NCBI RefSeq assembly: GCF_006345805.1
Contig: NC_042997.1
Location: 88,412,001-88,476,000 of the forward strand
Direction of reading: 5' to 3'
DNA from: Octopus sinensis
Lineage: Eukaryota
Length of the DNA: 64,000 nt
Every line of letters starts with the position of its first letter. Position 1 is the stretch's first letter. The position numbers were made by a program, and so were the translations under genes. Shown in pieces: positions 53,401 through 64,000 of the stretch. The notes below the pieces were generated by a model that was not told where the DNA came from, did not search any database, and worked only from the letters and a program-made list of their open reading frames with translations.

Positions 53401-54510
53401 CGGGTCGATAAAATAAGTACCACTTGAGCACTAGGGTACATGCAGTTCACTATCCCGCCTCTTAAAAATTTTTGTCCTTGTGCCTTTAGTAGAAAGAATT
53501 AATATTTACTGCTTGTTGGTATGAGTTATTTAAAAGGTATCTTTACAATAAACACAGCAGTGTCCGTGACAAGATAAGAACTGTCTAATTAGTATTGTGT
53601 GCAGTTACTAATGTCAGTTTTTGATATTAAAAGGCAGTATCTAACAAAAGGGGGTCAGAATCATTAATATTATAGGGAATAGTAACGACAACTATTTGCT
53701 TCAATGATACAATAACTTCTAATAAGTGGGCGTTTGCATAGTCAATTTGAAAACTCACGACAATAAATCGTAACTTTTGTACAATATTAAAGAAAATAAT
53801 TATATTTCACTTTATTTCGCCTTCAATGCACTTTGTTAATATGCAAAGAAAGGAATAGGCTATTGTCTGTACACTATTGCCATTCTGATTAAAGTATAAC
53901 TATTATATATATCTATCTAAACAAGGTTTTATTGAATTTATATTCGAGAACCTTTGTGTTCCAATAATTGCAGATAACTGTTCAGTTTTGTCCTGAATCA
54001 CGAAACCGATCAATACTTTAATATACTGAAATAGATTATTGTAACAGTGCATTGAAGGTTTTTTCCACCTTCAATATTTTTCAACTTGGAAGATTTTCTG
54101 GAAACTGTCTATAAACTTTGACATGAAAAAATCCGTACTTGTTTTATTCAAAACTCAATGCATCACTCACTTTATCACTCCTCATCCCCTGGTATCTCTG
54201 TTAAATGATCGTCAGCTGCTAATCCAATCTGCAAAAGTGTTATGCGCGTCTGTCTAGCTATACTCAATTTTCACATCTACACTTACTCAACGCTTGACTA
54301 TATATTAACCTGAGCAACTGTAAAAACATGCACGCAACCGATAATCTCACTAGTTCACTATCTTCTCAGTTTCTGAGCATGACAGCATAGACAGTTTGAA
54401 ATACATCATTTGCAAACCACCGCAGAGTTGGCAGCAAATAATTACTTTTTAGTGAATAAATGCACCGCATTTTAGTCAGATATTTCTGGTATTAATACTC
54501 TGCTCTTATT

Positions 54511-54558
<48 letters not shown>

Positions 54559-56299
54559 AAATAAGCAACGCATGCAAGATAGCTACAGACAAAATAATTA
54601 AAGTCCCTAATCCTAATGACCTCAAATTGAGACCCATAATAGCAGGTCCCGCATGCGAAACCCACCGCCTCAGTAACTTTTTAGACACCCTGTTAAAACC
54701 ACTCCTCAAACATGTCAAAAGCTATATAAGGGACGACTTAGATATGCTTAATCACCTACCGAATACTATAAACAAAAACACCATACTGGTATCCTTCGAT
54801 GTAGTCAACCTCTACTCCAATATCCCCCACAACCTAGGACTAGAGGCAATCCAATTCTGGCTAGAGAATCACGCCAACGAACTACCACACCGCATCAAAA
54901 AAGAATTTGTGATAGAAGGGGTTAAATTCATCCTGGAAAATAACTTCTTCGCCTTCAATGACAACTTCTACCGACAAAAATCGGGGACTGCGATGGGTAC
55001 ACGAATGGCCCCCTCCTTTGCCAACCTAGTCATAGGATACCTAGAGATCAGTCTGTATCGTAAGGTTCTAGAAAGATATGGCAGCCCTTTCTCCATCTAC
55101 ATAGAAAACAACTGGAAGAGATATCTAGATGACTGTTTCATCCTTTGGCATAAAAATATAGAAAAACTCATAGAATTCCAGAAAATTTTAAACGGACTGG
55201 ACGTAAACATCCAATTCACGATGGAATATAGCCAACAACAACTCCCCTTCCTCGATATCCTCATTAAGAAAGCTAATAATATAATAGAAACAGACATATA
55301 CTATAAGCCTACAGACTCTAAGCAATATCTTCCATTCAATTCATGCCACCCCAGACACACCAGGATGAATATCCCCTTCAATCTAGCAAAATGATATGCA
55401 CTATAGTCTCTAACGCAAACACCAGAGACACACGACTACAAGAACTAAAAGATACCCTAATCACCAGGAACTATCCACCTTCACTTATTGACAAGTGCAT
55501 TCAACGTGCCCTTCAACTTAACATCAAGGAACTGAGACATCCCAAATCAAAGAAAAACTTACAACCAAAAGCCTTACCATACATCTCCACACACAACCCT
55601 CTCAATAACGAAGCCTTCGACACCATCCTCCACAACATACCCCTCCTAAAAAAAGACCACAGAATGAACACAATCCTCCAAACACACACGATCATAAAAA
55701 GCAAAAGACAGCCTAGATCCATGAAAAGTCTCCTTACACAAGCCCGAATTCACTCCTCAACACAGAAGCCGACAGTAAAAAAATGTGGAAGACCCAATTG
55801 CGGGATATGCGACTATCTAATTGAGGGATCAGAGTTCTCCTTCAAGCAGGGACAACGGTTTACAGTGAAAAGCAACTTCACATGTGCTTCGGAGAACCTA
55901 ATATACTCACTAACCTGCTCCGGGTGTCAAGAGCAGTACATAGGCCAAACAAAAAATGGTTTGCGTAAACGAATGGCCCTGCACAGATCCCAGATAAAAA
56001 TTCCCCAAAACAGAAAAATAGCTTTTAGCCAACACATAGATACTTGCGCCAACAAAAAAAACACCAAACTTCAGAATTTTCCCCCTCTACCAATTTAGGG
56101 ACGATACAACCTCGAGACAACGAATAAGTAAAGAAAATCTCTTTATTACAAAATACAAGCCACTTCTAAACGGGTCTACGACAAACAATTAATATACCTC
56201 AACTTTAGAATAAAAGAAAAAAATATATATACACACACAAATATTACACTCCATAGAATCCATTACTAATCAGCCCCTTCATAGCTATACTTACACCCA

Positions 56300-56600
56300 T
56301 TCATGTTCCCCCTTCTCTGTTTTTTTCTTCTTCTTCTTCTTCCTCTTCTTCTTCATCATCATCATTATCATCATCATCGTCGTCATCATCATCACCACCA
56401 TCATCACCACCATCTTCTCCTTCTCCTCCTTCTTCTTCTTCTTCTTCTTCTTCTTCTTCTTCTTCTTCTTCTTCTTCTTCTTCTTCATCATCATCATTAT
56501 CATCATCATCGTCGTCATAATCATCACCACCACCACCATCATCGTCATCTTCTCCTTCTCCTTCTTCTTCTTCTTCTTCTTCTTCTTCTTCTACTTCTCC
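56300..56600. repeat. Compound (CTT)n/(CAT)n microsatellite with internal duplication (representative of dozens of microsatellites in the window)
   Basis: Directly visible. Other long tracts include (TA)n at 4353, 5757, 8157, 29085, 42978; (TC)n at 20065; (AAT)n at 36260; (CTA)n at 34610. Confidence 0.95.
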
Positions 56601-56953
56601 ACCCCCTACCCCTTAACTTTGTCACTAATGTTTTTTAGTATAACACCTACGCTAATTCTATAAACAAGCCTGTCAATATAAATATTCTCCTGAATTGAAC
56701 TGAGACTGCCAGCCGCCACTGACCATTCAAAATACGACCATCAGGGCACTCCCAGATTCTCCCATCCCCCTTTCCCCACCAGCCTTCTTCCTCTACTACC
56801 CTTCCAAGAACTCACAACGACCTCCGACACACAAGTGCAAACAAGGGAGTCAGAGAAAGGCAGAATGCCACTTAAATCTGAACACTACTATAGAAATATT
56901 CTTTTAAAAAAACTTTTCTTCTAATTTTTCTAAATTTAATTATTTAATCGTTA

Positions 56954-56991
56954 CAGTTGAAAAGGTCTCAAAATGACCGAAACCGGTACTG
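56954..56991 (+). ncRNA. Minimal type I hammerhead ribozyme (U3-A8 variant) in the PLE 3' end
   Basis: CAG-TTGAAAA-GGTC(TCAAAAT)GACC-GAAA-CCGG-TA-CTG gives stem I CAG/CTG, stem II GGTC/GACC, palindromic stem III ACCGGT and a GUA cleavage triplet ending at 56988. Confidence 0.72.
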
Positions 56992-58129
56992 AAATGTTCA
57001 CTATAAAATTATTTTAGCATTTTCTATTTTTGACTTGTTTTTTCATATATATATATATATATATATATACCTATCTCTTCTATAATAATAATAATAATGA
57101 GCTGATTGTATACAGTGCACTACAACTCGTCGGAAAAGAGTGTAGCGGCGATTCGAAACCGAATCCCTGGACATGAGGTCATACGTCACGAACCACCATT
57201 GTTTCACGTGATCGGTCTATTAAGCGACTCAACCAGCGTGAAGCAATGGCGTGGACAAGGTTTTCTCGGACAGTCTAGGATTTGGCTTCTGGTCCCCTTT
57301 ATAAAGCGTTCGGTGCGAACTTTTGCAACCAGACGGCCAAAACAGAAGGATAAGATAGATGACCAAGAACTGTCGCCACGAAGAGAGCACAATTGTTTTC
57401 ACGTATGTTGCCATACCAATAGCTTGCTGTAATCTCAGAGGAGTATCTCCCAGTCTGTAATTATTGCTGTTGTCAACTGAAAAAGGCATCGCAGTTTGTT
57501 TTTATGTGCGACAATAAATTCTTCTGTTAAATGTTTGCAGGTATTGTTCAGTTACTTCTTCATACAGCCTAGAAACATATTTTCATTTTTTAATTCAAGC
57601 AGCTACCATATCACTATAAATGGAACATCATATGGTCGCTTGTGACAAAAGTAAAAGATAGACAAAAGGCAACAATGATGGCCAAAAGTGTATGCATAGT
57701 ACACAGTATAAAAGACAGAAAAGATTAAGTGAACTACAAAGAATAAGTGGTGCATGAGACGTCAGGGGTAGTTTTAGCAAATCTCAAGAATGATGGTTTT
57801 TGAAGGATGCTGTGTGCTAGTAGTTGACCGATGCGGGTAATTTATTTCATGCCTCGACAATTTGCGCTATTTATTTCTATTTCTATTTATTTTTATAAGT
57901 ATGTCTATAGATGGTGGAGATATTGAATTCAAAGAGGTGACCAAGGGTTTCTACAAAATCAACTGCTAGACACCGAAACCTTATTGTATCGATGTCCAGA
58001 GAAGCAAGATGTTGTAGATATGCTAAGAGACTGATGGAAGGTATTTGGCTAGATATCTCTGAACAAATTCCAGTAGATCAACATACAAGATGCAAACTGT
58101 AAGTGTGGACTCGGCAATATATAGCTTTA

Positions 58130-58502
58130 AATAATTATAATTCCTTTCTTCGACCCAAAAATTGATACTAATGGTCGGTGATCAGTTTGGTGCTAAAAAC
58201 TTCCACCGTGCAAAAATCTGTGAAATTTCTTCACGGCAAAAATGATTGCTAGAGCTTCTTTCTCTATTTGACTATAGTTTTCTCTGCCGCTATCAGAGAA
58301 CGTGAGGCATGAACTACCGCCTTCTTCAAAAGCGCCAGAAGCTACAATCCCCTCTGCAGGATCGAAATGAGCCAGCGACAAATCCAATACTAATACTTTT
58401 TTAATATCGTCAAACGCCTTTTGACAGTTATTTGACAAATTCCACTTTACATCTTTTTTTAGCAAATTATTATGTGGAGCCTTCAATTTATGCATATATG
58501 GT
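58130..58502 (-). mobile_element. Gypsy LTR-retrotransposon pol remnant (RT thumb / RNase H), downstream half
   Basis: ORF 58193..58495: KKDVKWN..CQKAFDDIKK..LAHFDP..NYSQIEKEALAIIFAVKKFHRFLHG. Confidence 0.85.
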
Positions 58503-61500
58503 TTTTGATTGATTGATTGATTCTAGTTTCAGCTTATGAGCTGTGGCCATGCTGGGGCACCGCCATTTGATGTTACTACTTGGTTTCACTTCACGAAAGC
58601 TTTCTAGCAACTGCCATTTGGTGCATGAGAGAGTTCGATGCAGCTGCCCTCATCTGTCCCTCCTGCCGTGAAGTTGGTTCATCTGGGACACCTGACAGGA
58701 AGAGATACAGCTTCATTTTAAAGACATCTGCATCCACCCCATGCAGGTCTCTCAGGTTCTTCGGGAGGATATTGAAGAGCTGTGGGCCTCGGAAGCCCAG
58801 GCTATCACAGAATCTTGTCCTACATCTTGCTGGCAAGTTTGGAGTCCTAAGCACCACACAGTGGCGCCCAGTTCTGGCATTTGCGTAACTCTCGATGCCA
58901 AAGTTCAGGACACGTCCCTCCAGGATCTTCCAGATGTATATTATGGCATATCTTTCCCGCCTACGCTCCAGGGAATATAGTTTTAATCTCTTGAGTCTTT
59001 CCCAGTAGCTTACATTCTGCATAGAGGCTATCTTCTTCGTGTAGCTACGTTGGATCGCCTCGAGCTCTGTGATCAACTTGACACTGGATGGTGACCATAA
59101 CTGAGAGCAGTAGTTAAAGTGGCTTAGGACAAGTGTCCTCCAGAGGACCATCATGGTTTCTTGTTCTCTTGTTCTAAAGGTTCTGAGGATCCATCCGGCC
59201 AGTCGTCTACATTTCATTGCCAATTTAGCAACATGTACACGAAAGGTCGCGTCATCACTCATGTAAATACCTAGGTCACGCACTGATTGTGCCTCTGGGA
59301 TTGCTATTCCTCCGGGTCCAGTGTATTCATTGGGTATTGCATTTAGTTTTGCATGCTGATAGTATAGAGCTTGAAACTTTTCAGCATTGAACTGCATGCT
59401 ATTCTTTTCGGCCCACTTGTATATTTTGTCCAGCTCACATTGCAGGTGTTTAGTGTCCTCAGGGTTCTGTATTGCCTGTGAAACTTTTGTATCATCTGCA
59501 TAACTTGTGATCGTGGCTCTCTGCGTGGCTGAGGGCATGTCTGAGAGGGCCATTATGAACAGTAGTGGTCCCAGAACAGTGCCCTGCGGAACACCGCTCA
59601 CTATTTGCGTGTTAATGGCTACTACCACCTGACTTCTATCTTTCAGAAAGTCATGAAGCCATTCTCCCAGTTTTCCAACTATGTTGAGATCACGCAGTTT
59701 GTGACATATCATTCCATGATCGACTTTATCAAAGGCCTTTGCAAAGTCGAGATATATCACTTCCACATTTGAGTGGTTGAGCAGCCGTTTCAGCACCCAG
59801 TTATAGTGTTGTAGGAGCTGAGTTAAACAGCTTCTCCCTGGTCGGAAACCATGTTGGGTGTCGGGCAGCAAGTCATTCTCTTCAAGGAAGGTGATCAGCT
59901 TCCTTCTGACTATTCGTTCCATGACCTTGCTGATGTGTGAGGTCAGAGAGATAGGTCTATAGTTCTTGGCTTCCGCTCTGCTACCTCCTTTATGAATGGG
60001 GCATATTTTACCTTCCTTCAGTTTTCTTGGAAGTTTGCCAGCTGCAAGGAAGTTCTGAAAGAGGAACTGCAGTGGTCTTGCTAGGACTCTCTTACATGCT
60101 TTTAGGAGGATTGCCGGGAATCCATCGGGGCCAGTAGCTGAGTCTGTTTTCATTTTATCTATAGCCTTGATTACATCGTCTTCCTTTATATCGATGTAAT
60201 CTATCGTCGCTGCCTCTGATTTTATATCTGCAGTGGTAAAAAAGTCAGTTGGATTGGTGATTTGGAGATGCCCAAGGGGTGGAGTGAAAACACTCTTGAA
60301 TTGCTCATTCAGTATTTCACTTACCCTCATTGGTTTTCCTGTAAGTGTGCCATCCTTTTCGAGGAGTGGCCCTATTCTACAGTGCACCGTAGCTGTTTCT
60401 TTGGCATACCTGTAGAAAGCTCTGGGGTTAGATTTTATGTTGTCTATAGCCCAGGCTTCTTTGTCTGCTCTTTCTTTTTCATGGGAGAGTTGCAGACATT
60501 TTTCGATTTCCAACAGTTTTATTTTTAGGCGGGACTTTTCACTGCTTTCAATCTGTTTGTTTAGGCGATTTGAAAATTTTGTACGCTGTCTCATTAAAAT
60601 TTTCCTCTCTCTGGGGATTTTGTTCTTGTGTACAGTGGCCTTTCTCTCTGGGACACATTTGTAGCATATGGCTTGCATTACAGACATGAATTGTTGAAGT
60701 TTCATGTCGATGTCTGGCGAGGAGAGACATTTAGGCCAGTTTTGTTTGAGGATCTCTTTCTCAATTTGTTTCCAGTTTGCCTTATGGTAGTTCAAGCTGG
60801 AAAGATTCTGAGGGTTTCTTGTAGGCTGCATGTCCATGCTCTCTTTTGGCCCGTACATGGTCAGCTCTATCATGTTGTGATCCGAGAGTAGTGTCGGTGT
60901 CACTTTCACATTATGGATGAGATCCATGTCATTTGTGAAGCAGAGATCCAGTGTGTTACCTGCCCTGGTTGGTTGGAGTATTACCTGCTTCATGTACAGG
61001 GTGTTGATGAGGTTCAGGAGGGACCTCGCCTGTCCTCGTTCACATCTTGTCATTTCTGGGAGAGAAAGGCCCTCGGGCCATCTGACATTGGGCAGATTGA
61101 AGTCTCCCATAAGAAGTACACTTATGTGTTGTTCTAATGTGGTTAGAACTTCTTCTATTTTTATAAGGCAGTCTTCAAACTTGCCCACATGGCTTGGGGC
61201 ATCTGGAGGGCGATATGTAGCACACACAACTACATCAAGTTGCCTAATATGTACAATTAGTGTGTCACACACCGAGTTTGAGTATGACAAGAGGACCTGG
61301 GGTGTGAGGTCCTCACGGATGTACATAGCAACACCTCCATGACTCCTTTCTTTTCTGTCGGTCCGTAGTACAGCATACTGTGGTATGTGTAACTCCGCAT
61401 CTGCTATGTCCGGTTTCAGGTGCGTTTCCGTAAGTGCTATGCATAAGGCTTGATTGCATGCAACAAAGCCTCTCAGGAACGGGATTTTTGTCCTGTTACT

Positions 61501-61700
61501 GAGTGTTTGCAGTCCTCTGATGTTCAGTAGGAACATCGAGGTGAGGTGTACGTTGTTGCCGGCGGTGTCCATCCTGGGTCTGTTTGCTGTGGTGGTCTGG
61601 TATATAGTGGGTAGTCCCACCTGGTATATAGTGGGTAGTCCCACCTAGGTATATAGTGGGTAGTCCCACCTATATACCTATGGTATATAATTTTGATACC
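58503..61700 (-). mobile_element. CR1-clade LINE with uninterrupted ORF2 (APE endonuclease + RT), (TCAA)n tail, 6-bp TSD TATGGT
   Basis: ORF 58591..61644 (1017 aa): LNIRGL, TETHL, GGVAMY, YRPP, MGDFNLP, TLDL, SDH (EN); YRPISLTS, QHGFR, LDFAKAFD, GVPQGTVLGP, YADD, RDLG, LERRRERY (RT and CR1-like C-terminus). TATGGT at 58497-58502 and 61701-61706. Confidence 0.93.
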
Positions 61701-61718
61701 TATGGTATATAATTTTGA
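61597..61718. repeat. Junctional tandem repeats: 3 x 24-25 bp hairpin unit and 2 x 22 bp
   Basis: CTGGTATATAGTGGGTAGTCCCAC x3 (61597-61669) and TACCTATGGTATATAATTTTGA x2 (61675-61718). Confidence 0.95.
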
Positions 61719-62226
61719 TAATAATTCGCTAGACCTAGAAAAGCTTACCGGAGGAGGTATATTTTTTAATTGCGTCTGCACTCGACGTGTTCGGTCGTCG
61801 TCCGTTCCTGTCGATAATTTGTCCTAAATACTTAATTTTAGTTAACAAAAATTCACATTTTCTGTCACTCATTGTGAAACTGTAATCTCTTATTTTTTCA
61901 TTTTACATGCTCGACATGCTGATCATGAGATTCACTTTTGATGGTTTTTGATATATCATCCAAGTATGGAATTACGAATTCATAGTCCGCTAACATTGCA
62001 TCCATAACCTGTTGAAAAACTGCAGGTGTAACCTTTAGACCAAATGGTAATCTGTTAAATTTATATAGTCCTTTAGGCGTATTCACTGTTAAGTATTTTG
62101 AGCATTCCTCGTCTAATCTAATTTGCAGGTACGCGTTGAAGAGATCCAGTTTCGAAAATAACTTTATTTTAACTTCGCAAAAATATCCTCCGGAGTAGGT
62201 AGGCGAGAGTGACTCGTTTTCAGACA
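61701..62226 (-). mobile_element. Gypsy LTR-retrotransposon RT remnant, upstream half
   Basis: ORF 61898..62227 (FSKLDLFNAYLQI..RLPFG..YLDD) continues KCEFLLTKIKYLGQIID..FLGLANYYQNYIP up to the CR1 insertion. Confidence 0.88.
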
Positions 62227-62231
62227 TTCAA

Positions 62232-62352
62232 TCAATCATCATCATTATTGTTCGACCGTGGTCGAGACAATGGAATTTATCATGCTACGCCAGACTTCAC
62301 GGTCCATCATGGCATTACGGAGGTCCTGTTGCTGGATCCAGTCGTTGCCGAA
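62232..62352 (-). mobile_element. Short RTE-type LINE 3' end
   Basis: ..IQQQDLRNAMMDREVWRSMINSIVSTTVEQ** followed by a (GAT)n tail. Confidence 0.55.
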
Positions 62353-63579
62353 CAAGTTTGTTGCATTTTTTAAAAAACACTTTTGCTTTACTGGTTTTAT
62401 AACGAAATGTAATGTCGCTTACCATTTTGCCTAAGTGTTATCTTTCACTTGTAACGCCTCGTGCACTTTTCGATGTTTTCTTTAATGTAGGTTTACCAAT
62501 TTTCTTCCACATAATTTAAAAACAATAGTGAAATTTAAAAAAAAAATTTTTCATAACCTCGCCCGCCCTCCCACCATAAATCCAAAAGTTTAGGCTTTTT
62601 TCGAAATATTTTCTTAATCATAATTTTAATATATGGATAGTCCGAATCCACAATTTGCTTTAGTTTATAATTTGAACATAATTTTGAGACGAAAAGGTGT
62701 GTGATTTAAGAGAGATTCAGCTGTTGTTTCTAGCACATCCCACAACCACTTGGTACCGTCCTCGTTTCCTTGAATTGATGTTTTCAAACATCCTTTTCCC
62801 CGTAAACACGTTTCATGAAATGATATGTACTGATAGGATTTAAGCAACAACAAAAAATTATTTAAAACATTAGTCCCACCCCACATTAAACGAGTCCTCG
62901 CTCGTGCGCGTGTGTACAAAAAAGCATTTATGAACAGAAAAGTATGTTATTAAAATTAATCTTTTGAATATCTTTTTTAAACCACTCCGTCGCCTTGATG
63001 AAATTCCTTACGCGCGCACACACACGCTGAAAAACGCACAGAGTAGGCGATAAGATTTTTATAAAGAACAACAGAGATTACAAATGTCAAATGAATGAAA
63101 TCGAATAAAATTTGAAGTGATGAAACGATAAGTAATAACCGCAAAAAGATGTTTCTCAATATCAGTGTGTGTATACGTCAAAATAAAATCGACGTTTCTT
63201 TTTTTTTTCTTCCTTAGAGAATGATAGAGCGCGAAAACTGTGTGTGTGTATGTATATATTATAGATAGCGTACGTGTGTTTGTGTTGATTCATACGCCAT
63301 GACATTCATTATATGTGTTTGTATTCTGTATGTGTGTATGTTAACGTCACGGAAGCCTTTTTTTTTTGTCAAGAAATAACAAACAAAAATTATGTTTAAT
63401 CGTTTTCATTAATAAATAGAAGTCTAAATATCACAAAACCTCATACTGTACTGCATAAAGTAAGTATGAAAATATATATGTAAAAAAAACAAAATTCAGA
63501 TAAAATGTACTATTTCTGAGATATTACGGGAACAAACAAACATATAGTATTATTAAGATAGGCGCAAGTATTTTTGTAT

Positions 63580-64000
63580 TATTTAGATATATAAAACTGA
63601 GAATGTCTCTCTCGCTCTGAATCCCTAAAACTCGATAAGTACCCAAGCGATTTCACTCAAATTTTGCACATGCATTACTTAGAATCCATAGAGTGTCATG
63701 GGCCAAAAACATTTTCAACTTCTTGCTTAATGCGGGCCCAGGGGTAGATAAACCGCAACTTGAAAGCATTTTGGCAGCGTTAAGGCCGGTAATTTGAAGA
63801 GTATCTAGCCACTTACCTCCAAATTTACAACAAGCATTAATCAGGCTCCTCGAATAGCTGTTGACAAAAAAATTTCTGACGCCGACTATGGGCTCCCACC
63901 AAAATACAGATTAATCAGATTTCAGTATACTGCACTGGGTTTTATCTTTGTTTTTGCGACGACAAAAATATTGACACTACTAACACATTATAAGTAGTGT
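63580..64000 (+). mobile_element. Helitron/Helentron-type non-autonomous element 5' part
   Basis: Starts AGATATATAAAACTGAGAATGTCT..GATTTCACTCAAATTTTGCACATGC, a DINE/Helitron-N-like layout; pattern recognition only. Confidence 0.4.

Larger units (their letters stand above)
54555..57045 (+). mobile_element. Penelope/Poseidon-type PLE: RT + GIY-YIG endonuclease, 5'-truncated, two frameshifts, microsatellite-rich 3' UTR, inserted in (TA)n
   Basis: ORFs 54627..55394 (SFDVVNLYSNIP, GTAMGTRMAPSFAN, RYLDD, FLD, YYKPTD) and 55343..56098 (LIYSLTCSGCQEQYIGQT..RMALHRS). A third frame continues ..KENLFITKYKPLLN to TAA at 56192. Confidence 0.93.

Noticed and set aside
55097-55722. Minus-strand ORFs opposite the Penelope ORF, and 25293..25775 opposite the R4/Dong element
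   Set aside because: Antisense shadows of transposon coding sequence.
58580-61781. Plus-strand and alternate-frame ORFs overlapping the CR1 ORF2 (e.g. 58580..58888, 60917..61342)
   Set aside because: Shadow ORFs of a long, GC-richer coding region.
62665-63159. CpG-rich region with short minus-strand ORFs as a neighbouring gene start
   Set aside because: No identifiable protein or splice chain within the window.

Overview
AT-rich, microsatellite-dense eukaryotic genomic DNA. The SINE, LINE and Penelope repertoire and the (TA)n/(AAT)n/(GAT)n density point to a coleoid cephalopod, probably Octopus (my recognition, not a database result). The only host gene I can support is a multi-exon tubulin polyglutamylase of the TTLL9 type on the minus strand. 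Twelve exons (47570 down to the stop at 10391) were traced by hand with consistent splice phases, and a putative 14-nt first coding exon lies at 51653-51666, giving about 416 aa in total. One intron (22808-23268) has U12 (minor spliceosome) signals. The rest is mobile DNA: an intact CR1-type LINE ORF2 nested in a Gypsy remnant with a fold-back 5' junction, two distinct Penelope-like elements, an R4/Dong-like element in (TAA)n, RTE and L2-like fragments, several mariner remnants, hAT/piggyBac/Helentron-type non-autonomous elements and many SINEs. The most notable observations are: minimal hammerhead-ribozyme motifs (including U3-A8 covariants) in Penelope tails and in a 400-bp palindrome; a near-perfect inverted-plus-tandem 1.1-kb element inside (TA)n; a 3' tail shared by the CR1 LINE and a SINE family; and the U12 intron. 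No rRNA, bona fide tRNA or CRISPR array is seen.
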